The notes under the pieces were generated by a model. It was not told the origin of the DNA. It was given only the letters and a program-made list of their open reading frames with translations, and did no database searches. Below, piece after piece: positions 1 through 9,656 of a stretch of DNA of 64,000 bases (positions are counted from its first letter, which is position 1; each line of letters opens with the position of its first letter). The stretch is from positions 5,088,001 through 5,152,000 of the forward strand of contig OZ241986.1 of NCBI GenBank assembly GCA_965204375.1. The letters are read 5' to 3'. A program made the position numbers and the translations under genes. This stretch comes from Candidatus Latescibacterota bacterium. GTDB taxonomy: Bacteria > Latescibacterota > UBA2968.

Positions 1-146
1 CATACCGTCCTCACATTATTTTATACCCGGCTTCCCCAAAGCATACTCAGAATTGCGTATTCTTTCAAGTGCTTTTCTGGTGTGCGATCAAACTCTGGCT
101 CTTGAGAACAGAGACTCAGCGGATACCTGAAGAACGGTATTTGCGC

Positions 147-175
147 TTGACGGGTGCATGGAAGGCACGTAGATT
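147..175 (+). promoter_or_regulatory. putative sigma70 promoter for the carboxypeptidase operon
   Basis: TTGACG-17 nt-TAGATT upstream of RBS AGGAG (212-216) and ATG 222. Confidence 0.5.
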
Positions 176-221
176 TTGGCTTATCGTGTGTTGTATTGAA
201 ACATCATCACCAGGAGCAAAA

Positions 222-1736
222 ATGGCCGATGTCAAATCCACATATCAGAAATTGATTGCAGAAATAAAACAAATTGCCCTATTGGGATCCTGTGCCGGTG
301 TATTGGGCTGGGACAAACAAACCTACATGCCCAAAGGCGGAGCCGGGCATCGCGCCGAGCAACTCGCACTGCTCACCGGCATGATACACGAACGCGCAAC
401 CGCCCCTCAAATTGGCGACTATCTCGCAGAAATAGAAAACAGCGACCTGATCTCCAACCCACGCTCCGAAGCCGCAGTCAACGTACGAGAACTTCGCCGA
501 GACTATGATCGAGCTATCAAATTGCCCCGGTCTCTCGTCGAAGAACTCGCCCGCGTGGCCACCATCGCTCAGCAAGTATGGCGAGAAGCACGCGAAAAAT
601 CGGACTACGCCCTGTTCCAACCCCACCTCACAAAGATCCTCGATCTAAAACATCAAGAAGTAAATGCGCTGAACAGAGGCGAAACACCTTACGACACCCT
701 ATTAGACGACTATGAACCCGGCGAAACATCTGAAAACCTGACCCGGGTCTTCTCGGGCTTGCGCGACGAACTCGTCGAACTCGTGGGTGCAATCGCCGAA
801 TCCGGCAAAAAACCCGACGAAAACATCCTCACGCGCACATATCCCATAGACCAACAAGAAGCATTTGGAAAAACCGCAGCCGCACAAATCGGCTTCAACT
901 TTGACAACGGGCGTTTAGACATCACCACCCATCCATTTTGCAGCGGCATTGGACCGGGCGACACCCGCCTGACCACGCGGTATAACACAAACTTCTTTTC
1001 CGAATCATTCTTCAGCATCATGCACGAAGCGGGCCATGGCATTTACGACCAGGGCTTAAACGACGAACACTACGGAACCCCTATGGGAGATTCTATATCC
1101 CTGGGCATACACGAATCTCAATCCCGCATGTGGGAAAACTTCGTCGGCCGCAGTGAGGCATTTTGGACACACTTCTTCCCCAAAGTACAAGCCGCATTCC
1201 CAGACGCACTAAGCGATGTATCCGAACGCGACTTCTACGCAGCAATCAACGCCGTCGCTCCCTCATATATTCGCGTAGAAGCCGACGAAGCCACGTACAA
1301 TTTGCACATCATGCTGCGCTTTGAACTCGAACAAGCACTCATCAACGGCGGATTAAAAGCCGAAGACGTCCCCGGCGTCTGGAACGAAACATTTGAAAAA
1401 TATCTGGGACTCACCCCCCCGGACGATGCTCTGGGGTGTTTGCAAGACATACACTGGAGCGGAGGAGGGATAGGGTACTTTCCAACATACTCTTTGGGCA
1501 ATTTGTACGCCGCGCAATTCTTTGAACAAGCGCGCCAGGACGTGGGCGACCTGAATGCACAATTTGCCGAAGGCGTGTTTGAACCCCTGAAAAACTGGCT
1601 AACGGAAAAAATCTATTCGCAGGGCCAGCGCTACCGGGCAAATGAACTCATCGAAGTCGTAACCGGAAAACCCCTGAGCCATGAACCCTTAATGCGGCAT
1701 CTGAGGGCAAAGTACGAACCGTTGTATGGGATTTAG
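222..1736 (+). CDS. carboxypeptidase M32 (Taq-type)
   Basis: HEAGH (HEXXH), HESQ, HPF, IRVEADE, GCLQDIHW and YFPTY motifs; start set at ATG after AGGAG. Confidence 0.95.
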   Translation: MADVKSTYQKLIAEIKQIALLGSCAGVLGWDKQTYMPKGGAGHRAEQLALLTGMIHERATAPQIGDYLAEIENSDLISNPRSEAAVNVRELRRDYDRAIKLPRSLVEELARVATIAQQVWREAREKSDYALFQPHLTKILDLKHQEVNALNRGETPYDTLLDDYEPGETSENLTRVFSGLRDELVELVGAIAESGKKPDENILTRTYPIDQQEAFGKTAAAQIGFNFDNGRLDITTHPFCSGIGPGDTRLTTRYNTNFFSESFFSIMHEAGHGIYDQGLNDEHYGTPMGDSISLGIHESQSRMWENFVGRSEAFWTHFFPKVQAAFPDALSDVSERDFYAAINAVAPSYIRVEADEATYNLHIMLRFELEQALINGGLKAEDVPGVWNETFEKYLGLTPPDDALGCLQDIHWSGGGIGYFPTYSLGNLYAAQFFEQARQDVGDLNAQFAEGVFEPLKNWLTEKIYSQGQRYRANELIEVVTGKPLSHEPLMRHLRAKYEPLYGI

Positions 1737-1740
1737 CGAT

Positions 1741-2682
1741 ATGGCGACCACACAACCCGTAATTTTAGACACCGACCCCGGCGTGGATGACGCGCTGGCC
1801 ATCATGCTTGCTCTGGGATCCCCAGAACTCGATGTAATGGGCATCTGCACCGTAAGCGGCAATGTCCCTCTCGACACCGGCACGCGCAATGCACAGGGAT
1901 TATTGCAACTATTGGACCGCACAGAAATACCCGTCTTTGCGGGCGCAGACCAGCCCTTAAAACGCGACCCTGTATTTGCCACCGAAGTCCATGGCGAAAG
2001 CGGCATGGGACAAGCCGTATTGCCAGAACCCGCCCAGGACGTGCGTGGCAATGCGGTTGACTTCCTGGTGCAAACCCTATCCGATCAATCGGGCGAAATC
2101 ACAATAATAGCCGTCGGACCCCTGACGAATCTGGCACTGGCCGAACAACGCCAGCCGGGAACACTTAAAAAAGCCAAACAGGTCATTGTCATGGGCAGCG
2201 CCATTGCAGAAACCGGCAACTCAACACCCGTGGCAGAATTCAACTTTTACGCCGACCCTCACGCTGCACAAATAGTCGTTCACTCGGATGCAACACTTCT
2301 GATCGTACCATTAGATGCAACGCGTCAGGTAATATTATCCGAAACGGATATCGAAAACAAAATCGCCCCCCAGAAAACAGTCGCATCTCAATTCGTCGTC
2401 GATGCCGTACAGAACGTATTCGCCCTCTACCGACAACTCGGACGCGAGCCAATCGTGTACCTGCACGACCCGCTCGCTGTAGGCGCGGCTATCGCACCCG
2501 AACTCCTCCGCTCAGAAACCCTGTACATCGACATAGAAACATCGGGCGATCTCACCATAGGCCAGGTCGTCACAGACCGCCGCGGCCTGCCCCCACCCTA
2601 TCGTCTTGGAAAACCCGTCAACTGCGCGATGCACGTCAATGCCAAAGCATTTTTGTCCCTATTTCTGACGCGGGTTTTTTAA
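1741..2682 (+). CDS. inosine/uridine-preferring nucleoside hydrolase
   Basis: DTDPGVDDA, GPLTNLA, AEFNFYADP and LHDP motifs. Confidence 0.95.
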   Translation: MATTQPVILDTDPGVDDALAIMLALGSPELDVMGICTVSGNVPLDTGTRNAQGLLQLLDRTEIPVFAGADQPLKRDPVFATEVHGESGMGQAVLPEPAQDVRGNAVDFLVQTLSDQSGEITIIAVGPLTNLALAEQRQPGTLKKAKQVIVMGSAIAETGNSTPVAEFNFYADPHAAQIVVHSDATLLIVPLDATRQVILSETDIENKIAPQKTVASQFVVDAVQNVFALYRQLGREPIVYLHDPLAVGAAIAPELLRSETLYIDIETSGDLTIGQVVTDRRGLPPPYRLGKPVNCAMHVNAKAFLSLFLTRVF

Positions 2683-2686
2683 ACAT

Positions 2687-3652
2687 CTACGGCCTCTCTC
2701 GTAGCCTCAGATAGCTCTCATAGCGTTGAAGCGCGATATCGCCATTATCCACAGCAGCCCTCACCGCGCAACTGGGTTCGTGGACATGCGAGCAATCGCG
2801 AAACCGACAACCCCCGAGAAACGGGTGAAAATCTCGGAAAAGCAGGGGAATATCTTCGGGCTTTATATCGTACAGATAAAACTCCCGGACACCGGGCATA
2901 TCGCCGACAAACCCCCCCCTGTCGAGCGCGACCAATTCCGTATGGGTCGTCGTATGTATGCCCTCGCCCGTCGCTTTGCTAACAGGTCCTGTACGCAATT
3001 GCAACCCGGGTTGCAACCAATTGAGCAAACTCGACTTTCCAACGCCAGAAGCCCCCATAAAAAGGGTAATTTTCCCGCGCAGAAGATCGTAAAACGCCTC
3101 TTTACCCGCATCGGAAATAATACTGGTATAAACCACCGGATATCCCATCGCCTTGTACGGATGCATAACCCGATCTGCCCAGGCCTCATCGGCGAGATCG
3201 AGCTTATTGAGACACAGTGACACGGATATCTGCTGCCACTCTGCAATACCTATCATGCGATCCAGCAAAATCCAGTCCGGATCTGGCTCACCCGCAGACA
3301 CAATGGGAACAACCTGATCGATATTGGCAGCTAAAAGTTGCTCTCTATAAGACCCACCAGACGCGCGCCGGGAAACCTTGTTGCTGCGGGGACACACCTC
3401 GCGGATCATACCCCGATTATCCGCACCCTCAGAAAAAACCACGCGGTCTCCAACTGCAACCGGGTCAACCACGCGCACCCGCCTGACCGACTGCACGCGG
3501 CGGCGGCGCGAACCCGGCGCAGCTTCGGGATATTCGAGCTGTTTCCGCAAACGAGTCGAAAGCGCGCACATCACCACGCGATCGGCGGTCTGGACGACAT
3601 AATTGCCGAGATGATGGCGGATAACAGTACCTTCATTATCAGATTTAGACAT
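2687..3652 (-). CDS. rsgA: ribosome small subunit-dependent GTPase A
   Basis: Circularly permuted GTPase motifs NKLD, GASGVGKSS, HTTT, DMPG; C-terminal CRFRDCSHVHEPSC Zn finger. Confidence 0.95.
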   Translation of the reverse strand: MSKSDNEGTVIRHHLGNYVVQTADRVVMCALSTRLRKQLEYPEAAPGSRRRRVQSVRRVRVVDPVAVGDRVVFSEGADNRGMIREVCPRSNKVSRRASGGSYREQLLAANIDQVVPIVSAGEPDPDWILLDRMIGIAEWQQISVSLCLNKLDLADEAWADRVMHPYKAMGYPVVYTSIISDAGKEAFYDLLRGKITLFMGASGVGKSSLLNWLQPGLQLRTGPVSKATGEGIHTTTHTELVALDRGGFVGDMPGVREFYLYDIKPEDIPLLFRDFHPFLGGCRFRDCSHVHEPSCAVRAAVDNGDIALQRYESYLRLRERP

Positions 3653-3688
3653 ATCTATTCAGAGCCTTCCCACTGTGATGGATACCCC

Positions 3689-3770
3689 AAAATAACGCCG
3701 GCCAGATGTACTTGTCAAGCGATGTAGCCTTTGCAAACGGGTTGACATTTGGCGGGGTTTTCTTCATATT
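3689..3770. promoter_or_regulatory. back-to-back sigma70 promoters
   Basis: Plus strand TTGACA(3742-3747)-17-CATATT; minus strand TTGACA(3718-3713)-18-TATTTT. Confidence 0.5.
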
Positions 3771-3808
3771 TCCCCGACATTTACAGACTAACAAAAAAAG
3801 GGAAAATA

Positions 3809-4558
3809 ATGAAACGCGACCTCAGCCTATTTTTGTCGAACTGGGATTTTGACCCCACCGATATTTGTGTACGCAAAATTCAGGGCCTGGACGGACGGGA
3901 AAAATTGCAAGTACGCCTGGACCTGGGCGTCATGCAAATGGAATTAAATGATCGGCCTGACGGAACATGTCCGCACGGCCATTTTTCATTGCTCGAATAC
4001 TATTTAGACGAACTCGAAAACGAACAAGCGCAATCTGGCACAGATGAAAATTTTTACCTCGACAGAGACGCGTGCCTCGAATTGAGTCAAGAGGGATTGT
4101 TATTCTATCACCGCTATGTCTGTTTGATGCGATTGGGCGATTTTGAAGCAGTCGCGCGCGACACCGCTCACAATCTGGCACTACTGGATCTCGTGCGGGC
4201 TTATGCCAAAAATGAACAAGACCGAGAAATATTTGAACACTATCGACCTTACGTACTCCTGGTTTACACCCGTGCGCGGGGTGAAATTTGTTTGCAAAAA
4301 GGCGATCATTCCGGTGCCCTGAATCACATTGAAAACGGAATCGACAAAATTCAAACATGTGTGGTAAATTCCGGTGTTGAAGCAGACGAAGAGATCGAAG
4401 CCCTCTCGGAATGGGCCGAAGAAATAGAACGCGACCGTCCAATCACCTTACAAAAAAAACTGGCACAAAAACTCCAAAAAGCCATTTCCGAAGAGCGATA
4501 TGAACAAGCGGCTCGGTTGAGAGACAGGCTCAGTTCGCTGGAAAAAAACAATTTGTAA
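3809..4558 (+). CDS. UvrB/UvrC motif-containing protein
   Basis: C-terminal LQKAISEERYEQAARLRD UVR motif; N-terminal LQVRLDLGVMQME..RPDG. Confidence 0.8.
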   Translation: MKRDLSLFLSNWDFDPTDICVRKIQGLDGREKLQVRLDLGVMQMELNDRPDGTCPHGHFSLLEYYLDELENEQAQSGTDENFYLDRDACLELSQEGLLFYHRYVCLMRLGDFEAVARDTAHNLALLDLVRAYAKNEQDREIFEHYRPYVLLVYTRARGEICLQKGDHSGALNHIENGIDKIQTCVVNSGVEADEEIEALSEWAEEIERDRPITLQKKLAQKLQKAISEERYEQAARLRDRLSSLEKNNL

Positions 4559-4588
4559 AAGCCACAAACCGGGCATCACAATACAAAA

Positions 4589-4633
4589 CATCCTGATTCT
4601 AAACACCGATGTGTTTCTGGATCGGGATTTTTT
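4589..4633 (+). terminator. putative intrinsic terminator
   Basis: Imperfect hairpin (aaacac-cgat-gtgttt core) followed by a T tract. Confidence 0.5.
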
Positions 4634-4644
4634 GTATAAAGGCA

Positions 4645-4725
4645 GGGGCTGGAGACTGGGGACTGGGGGCTGGGCTGGTGGGTTGGGCGGTTTTCACACT
4701 TCACACTTCATACTTCATACTTCTC
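4645..4725. repeat. two heptamer tandem-repeat tracts (GGGGACT-like; TTCACAC/TTCATAC)
   Basis: ggagact-ggggact-gggggct, then ttcacac x2 and ttcatac x2 immediately before ATG 4726. Confidence 0.8.
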
Positions 4726-5961
4726 ATGGGCTATGAATGGATCATAATCAGACGACACCTCTTCAGCGTTGGTCGTCGCATGGGATTAACCACAATCATT
4801 GCCATCATAGGTGTCGGGCTGGGCGTTGGAGCACTCGTCATCACTCTATCGGTAATGAATGGCTATGCAGACATGATCTTTGACCGTCAGGTAGGCATAA
4901 ATCCCCATATAACCGTGCGGCGCCCGTACAGCGAACGCATAGAAAATTACGCACCCATCGTCCAATTGCTGGAAAAACATCCCGAAGTAGTCGGTGCCAA
5001 TCCCGTCATAGAAACAGAGGGTTATGTATTGAGCAGGGTCAAAGATGTGGGCACTGTCACATCGGGCGTATTGGTGCGGGGCGTAGATGGCATTGTGAAA
5101 AGCAGCGACATCGCCTATCACATAACCGAAGGGAAAATGGAATTAACCCGCATTGAAGGCAATAACTTTGGAATCGCAATTGGCAAAACACTCGCCGAAA
5201 AATTGGGTGCCTCCGTGGGATCAAAAATTCGCCTGCTGGCTGCTCCCAAAGACCTCACCACAGCCCGCATGCCCCCCCTTCGACAATATGTGATAACCGG
5301 CATTTTTGAAACGGGATTTTACGAATTTGACGCCTCACTAATCTACATATCTCTCGCGGCTGCACAACGGGACTTACAATGGGGCGACCTGGCAACAGGC
5401 ATTCAAGTACGCCTCGTCAATGCATTTGAAGCCAATCGCGTCAGCGTTGAATTGCGAGAGACTTTGGCGGCAACGTATTTCGATATGTTCCCCACATCGT
5501 GGATGTATGCCCAGGGCAATCTGTACGCATGGATCCAGTTGCAAAAATGGGCGAGTTTTGTGGTCTTGAGCTTGATCGTGGTCGTCGCGGGATTCAACAT
5601 CATCAGCATACTAACCATGGCCGTAAATGAGCGCAAACGCGAAATTGGCATCTTAAAAGCAATGGGAGCAGCACCCAAAAGCATCGCCCAAATTTTTTCC
5701 CGTGAAGGCCTGATAATCGGAGCGAGCGGCGTGTTATTTGGCAACATATTGGGCGGGGGCCTGTGCTGGATACAAAAAGTCTATGCACCCATATCGCTTT
5801 CCGGCGATGTTTATTTCATCAACGCCCTCCCCGTAACCATAAACATACTGGACTTCGCAATGATCTCTGCACTGGCGTTGTTACTATGCCTCGTATTTGC
5901 TCGCTGGCCCGCAAAACGAGCGGCAACACTGGACCCCGTAGAATCCATTAGATATGAATAA
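4726..5961 (+). CDS. LolC/E-family ABC transporter permease
   Basis: TM-periplasmic-3TM layout, SVMNG, REIGILKAMGA, VYFINALP, PAKRAATLDPVESIRYE. Confidence 0.9.
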   Translation: MGYEWIIIRRHLFSVGRRMGLTTIIAIIGVGLGVGALVITLSVMNGYADMIFDRQVGINPHITVRRPYSERIENYAPIVQLLEKHPEVVGANPVIETEGYVLSRVKDVGTVTSGVLVRGVDGIVKSSDIAYHITEGKMELTRIEGNNFGIAIGKTLAEKLGASVGSKIRLLAAPKDLTTARMPPLRQYVITGIFETGFYEFDASLIYISLAAAQRDLQWGDLATGIQVRLVNAFEANRVSVELRETLAATYFDMFPTSWMYAQGNLYAWIQLQKWASFVVLSLIVVVAGFNIISILTMAVNERKREIGILKAMGAAPKSIAQIFSREGLIIGASGVLFGNILGGGLCWIQKVYAPISLSGDVYFINALPVTINILDFAMISALALLLCLVFARWPAKRAATLDPVESIRYE

Positions 5962-5965
5962 AAAA

Positions 5966-6084
5966 AGAAGTTAGAAGTAGGAAGTTAGAAGTTAGAAGAC
6001 CCCGCCCAACTGCCCTAAAGCTGGTGCTTCATCACACTTCACACTTCACACTTCACACTTCACACTTCACACTTCACACTTCAT
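5966..6084. repeat. heptamer tandem repeats AGAAGTT (~4-5 units) and TCACACT (~7 units)
   Basis: Directly visible between the two permease genes; the two tracts are roughly complementary. Confidence 0.9.
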
Positions 6085-6085
6085 T

Positions 6086-7351
6086 ATGACCTACGAATTC
6101 TTCATCGCGCGGCGACTCATGCGCGCCATGCGCCAGCAGCGTCAGATATCGTTTACCGCAGCCATAGCTATTGCAGGCGTAACCATTGGGGTAGCCGCCC
6201 TCGTCATTGTTCTGTCCGTTTTCAACGGCTTTTCGGCATTATTGTGGGACAGCCTGTTGAGCGTAAGCCCGCATATCGTTGTGCAAAAACCCCATGCACA
6301 GCCCATGTCGCCCAACAAAGAACAAATCGAACAATTAGAAAAATTGGCCTCTGTACGCGCAGCAGCACCTTTTGTATCGACCGAAGGATTTGCGCTCCGG
6401 CGACCCCCTGGCGGCGAAATGATCCAGGCTGGCGTAGCCGTGCGGGGAATAGACGCCGCACAATTGGCAAAAATTACAGACCTGAATGCGTACTTATGGG
6501 CAGGTGACCTCGACCTGAATATTCAACCACCCGACCCCGATCAGGACGCGCGCTCTACCAGACGCGCCAAAGTATATGGCACGGCCATTGGTCGCGTACT
6601 CGCAGACCGGCTCGGCGCAGTAATCGGCACCGAAATCATGCTGGGATTGGTACCCAAAGAAGTCCTAATGGGACAACAACCGCAATTATGGCCCTACAAA
6701 GTAACCGCCATCTTTCACACCGGACTGGAAGAACTCGACTCCGCACTCGCATTTGTATCGCTCGAAGCGGCACAACGCGACCTGGGATGGCGCAATCAGA
6801 TATCGGGCATCCAGATTCGGCTCGCCGAGCCATTTGAAGCACACCGCATCGCGCCCACCCTTCCCATAGGAACGGATTTTGACGTCATAACCTGGATGGA
6901 CACACACCGCAACCTGTATGCATCCATCCGTCTGGAAAAATGGTTTAGTTCTCTGGTACTGTGTCTCATCGTAATGGTAGCCGGATTCAACATCGTCAGC
7001 ATTTTGACCATGACAGTAGGCGACAGACAGCGCGACATCGGCATATTAAAAGCAATGGGCGCAACGCCGCGTGCAATTGGCAAAATCTTCACACTCAAGG
7101 GTCTGGGCGTTGGCCTGACGGGCGTCGTCTTTGGCAACGCAATAGGCTATCTCCTGTGCTGGTCACAACAGACATTTGAATGGATCAAACTCCCCGGTCA
7201 AATTTACATCATCCAGGCACTGCCCGTAAAAATGCTCGCCATTGATTTTGCATACATCTCCCTCGCATCTGTAGGCCTGTGCTTTGCATTCGCGCTCTTG
7301 CCCGCCCGCAAAGCCGCCTCACTCGCGCCCGTTGTGGCATTGAGGGAATAA
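6086..7351 (+). CDS. LolC/E-family ABC transporter permease (paralog)
   Basis: SVFNGF, RDIGILKAMGA, IYIIQALP, PARKAASLAPVVALRE. Confidence 0.9.
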   Translation: MTYEFFIARRLMRAMRQQRQISFTAAIAIAGVTIGVAALVIVLSVFNGFSALLWDSLLSVSPHIVVQKPHAQPMSPNKEQIEQLEKLASVRAAAPFVSTEGFALRRPPGGEMIQAGVAVRGIDAAQLAKITDLNAYLWAGDLDLNIQPPDPDQDARSTRRAKVYGTAIGRVLADRLGAVIGTEIMLGLVPKEVLMGQQPQLWPYKVTAIFHTGLEELDSALAFVSLEAAQRDLGWRNQISGIQIRLAEPFEAHRIAPTLPIGTDFDVITWMDTHRNLYASIRLEKWFSSLVLCLIVMVAGFNIVSILTMTVGDRQRDIGILKAMGATPRAIGKIFTLKGLGVGLTGVVFGNAIGYLLCWSQQTFEWIKLPGQIYIIQALPVKMLAIDFAYISLASVGLCFAFALLPARKAASLAPVVALRE

Positions 7352-7357
7352 AAGTAA

Positions 7358-7413
7358 GGGCGGGTTGAACTGGCCTGAGAGACGGCCAGTTGTACCCCGC
7401 TCAAAACCCGCCC
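7358..7413. repeat. REP-like palindrome GGGCGGGTT...AACCCGCCC containing dispersed hairpin element copy A (7366-7402)
   Basis: Outer inverted repeat 7358-7366/7405-7413; inner stem aactggcc/ggccagtt. Confidence 0.75.
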
Positions 7414-7422
7414 CAACCAACC

Positions 7423-7905
7423 ATGCAAAAATTGAATTTCCCAACCTCATCCACTTATGACATCGCAAACCGCGACGGGAGCGAAATGATCTTAGACCCT
7501 CTGCGTCAAAAATACGTGGTATTAACCCCCGAAGAATGGGTGCGCCAGAACTTTGTGCGGTACTTGATCGAAGGACTCGGCTACCCACAGGGACGCACCG
7601 CAATCGAAACCGGATTTGTATTTCAGGGCATGCAGTGTCGCGCCGATGTACTCGTATATGACGCAAAAGGAAAAGCACTGTTAATGGCAGAATGCAAAGC
7701 CCCCGAAATAAAAATCACCCAACAGGTCTTTGACCAGATCGGGCGATACAATGCAGTCGTACAGGCCACCTACCTCATCGCAACAAATGGCCTGCAGCAT
7801 TATTGCTGTATGATTGATCGAAAAAACAACGCATATCGCTTTATAGACACACTACCGCGATACGAGGACATCGTAAAAAAAGCGCGAATAGACGGAGCGG
7901 TGTAA
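7423..7905 (+). CDS. stand-alone HsdR N-terminal-domain (HSDR_N_2-like) protein
   Basis: DPLRQKYVVLTPEEWVRQ, RADV, AECKAP, QIGRYN, ATNG. Confidence 0.85.
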   Translation: MQKLNFPTSSTYDIANRDGSEMILDPLRQKYVVLTPEEWVRQNFVRYLIEGLGYPQGRTAIETGFVFQGMQCRADVLVYDAKGKALLMAECKAPEIKITQQVFDQIGRYNAVVQATYLIATNGLQHYCCMIDRKNNAYRFIDTLPRYEDIVKKARIDGAV

Positions 7906-7931
7906 AACTGGTCGTTTCCCAGACCAGTTCA
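7895..7931 (-). repeat. dispersed hairpin element copy B
   Basis: Reverse complement matches copy A at 31/37 nt by manual alignment. Confidence 0.85.
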
Positions 7932-7982
7932 TAGACGAATAGACGAACCCCGCCCTACCCCCAAAGTTGTTACAAACTCCGT

Positions 7983-8050
7983 CGTAGATGAATTGCTGGC
8001 GCAGTTGTACCCCGTTCCGTAGATTCGTAGATTCGTAGATTCGTAGATTC
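7983..8050 (+). repeat. hairpin element copy C (7989-8017) within a CGTAGATT octamer tandem repeat
   Basis: tgaattgctggcgcagttgtaccccgttc followed by cgtagatt x4. Confidence 0.75.
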
Positions 8051-8063
8051 TCCAGGAGGTTAC

Positions 8064-9656
8064 ATGATTGATCTACTGAGCTTTACCGTCGTACTGTGCG
8101 TATTTCTTACCTGCACCACAACCGCGTGGGGAGAAGGAAACTACAGCAAACTGGTATATCCAGGACCTGATGGGCGACTGGTCTATGTGCCGGATGAAAA
8201 AGGCAATATAATCCCGGACTTCTCGCACTGCGGGTACATGGGGGGTGGTGTAGCACTGCCAGATGTCCCTGTCGTATTAACCGTTCAACCCCAGGCCGAA
8301 GGAGACGACACAGCGCGATTGCAAGCGGCAATTGACGACGTATCTGCGCGCACACCGGACGCCAATGGATTTCGGGGCACCCTGTTACTCGAACGCGGAA
8401 AATATCGGATTGGCGGAACCCTGCAGATTCGGGCAAGTGGCGTCGTACTCCGCGGTCAGGGCGCAGATGAAAACGGCACAGTATTGATCGCAACGGGAAA
8501 AGGAAAGCGCACATTGATCGAATTTAAAGGACGGGGACGCAGACCGCGAGAAATAGAAAACACGCGGCAGAAAATCGCAGATGACTATGTCCCCGTAGGC
8601 GCAAAAACATTTGCCATCGCAGACGCATCGGGTTTTGCACCAGGCGACGCGATCATCGTACATCGCCCCAGCACGGCAAAATGGATCGCAACCATAGGCA
8701 TGGACCGCATAGAAATGAAACATCCCGGAGTTAGGCAATGGAAACCCGGCTCCTACGACTTCCACTTTGACCGCACCATAACCGCCATAAATGGCAATCG
8801 CATAACAATCGACGCACCAATAGGCAACGCGATAGAACGCGAATACGGCGGCGGATCGATTTACAAATACGAATATCCCGGGCGCATTGAACAGGTCGGC
8901 ATTGAGAACCTCCGCGGCGTATCGGAATACGACAACCGCGAAAAAGATCCTCGGCGGGAGGGTGAGTTTATCGATGAAGACCACGCCTGGAACTTCGTCG
9001 TATTTTCCCAGGTACAAAATGCGTGGGCGCGCGATATAACCTCGATCTACTTTGGATATGCGTGTATAACCATTGGCAACCAGGCAAAATGGATGACCGT
9101 ACAGGATAGCCAATGCCTCGACCCCGTATCAAAAATCACCGGATCGCGGCGCTACTCCTTCCCCATCCACGGACAATTATCCCTCGTACAACGGTGTTAT
9201 ACCCGGCGGGGGCGTCACGATTATGTGCTACACGCCCGCGTACCCGGACCAAACGCATTTGTAGATTGCGTAGCGGACATCGCGCACTCCGACACCGGAC
9301 CCCATCACCGCTGGTCTGTTTGCACCCTGTTTGACAACGTAATCGTAAACGGCAACGCCATCAACGTACAGGACCGGCAAAGTTCGGGCACTGGCCACGG
9401 ATGGGCGGGCGCGCAAAAAGTATTGTGGAACTGCGAGGCAGAGAGCTTTATCTTACAAAAACCCCCAACATCGCAAAATTACGCCATTGGCTGCATCGGC
9501 GAGAAACGAGATGGACGATACAGACGCGAGGACGGATATTGGGATTCCCATGGGCAAAAAGTACATCCGCGCAGTCTGTATTTAAAACAACTCGAAGACC
9601 GCCTGGGCATAGAAGCCGTAAAAGCCATAGGCGCACAAATCGGAGAGGGAAATTAA
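8064..9656 (+). CDS. secreted pectin-lyase-like (beta-helix) carbohydrate-active protein
   Basis: Signal peptide, IPDFSHCGYMGGG, GDDTARLQAAID, GVVLRGQG, GHGWAGA; substrate unknown. Confidence 0.7.
   Translation: MIDLLSFTVVLCVFLTCTTTAWGEGNYSKLVYPGPDGRLVYVPDEKGNIIPDFSHCGYMGGGVALPDVPVVLTVQPQAEGDDTARLQAAIDDVSARTPDANGFRGTLLLERGKYRIGGTLQIRASGVVLRGQGADENGTVLIATGKGKRTLIEFKGRGRRPREIENTRQKIADDYVPVGAKTFAIADASGFAPGDAIIVHRPSTAKWIATIGMDRIEMKHPGVRQWKPGSYDFHFDRTITAINGNRITIDAPIGNAIEREYGGGSIYKYEYPGRIEQVGIENLRGVSEYDNREKDPRREGEFIDEDHAWNFVVFSQVQNAWARDITSIYFGYACITIGNQAKWMTVQDSQCLDPVSKITGSRRYSFPIHGQLSLVQRCYTRRGRHDYVLHARVPGPNAFVDCVADIAHSDTGPHHRWSVCTLFDNVIVNGNAINVQDRQSSGTGHGWAGAQKVLWNCEAESFILQKPPTSQNYAIGCIGEKRDGRYRREDGYWDSHGQKVHPRSLYLKQLEDRLGIEAVKAIGAQIGEGN

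Noticed and set aside
1-12. Start of a divergent minus-strand gene (GAGGA...ATG at 3)
   Set aside because: Only the start codon would lie in the window; not verifiable
6030-6084. Possible CRISPR array
   Set aside because: Contiguous heptamers with no spacers; no cas genes in the window
4726-7351. Missing lolD as a sign of a new transporter
   Set aside because: The ATPase can be encoded elsewhere; cannot be judged from this window
7423-7905. Type I restriction-modification system
   Set aside because: Only a stand-alone HsdR N-terminal domain; no hsdM, hsdS or helicase
7366-7931. Insertion sequence bounded by inverted repeats
   Set aside because: No transposase and no target duplication outside the pair; the repeats recur singly elsewhere
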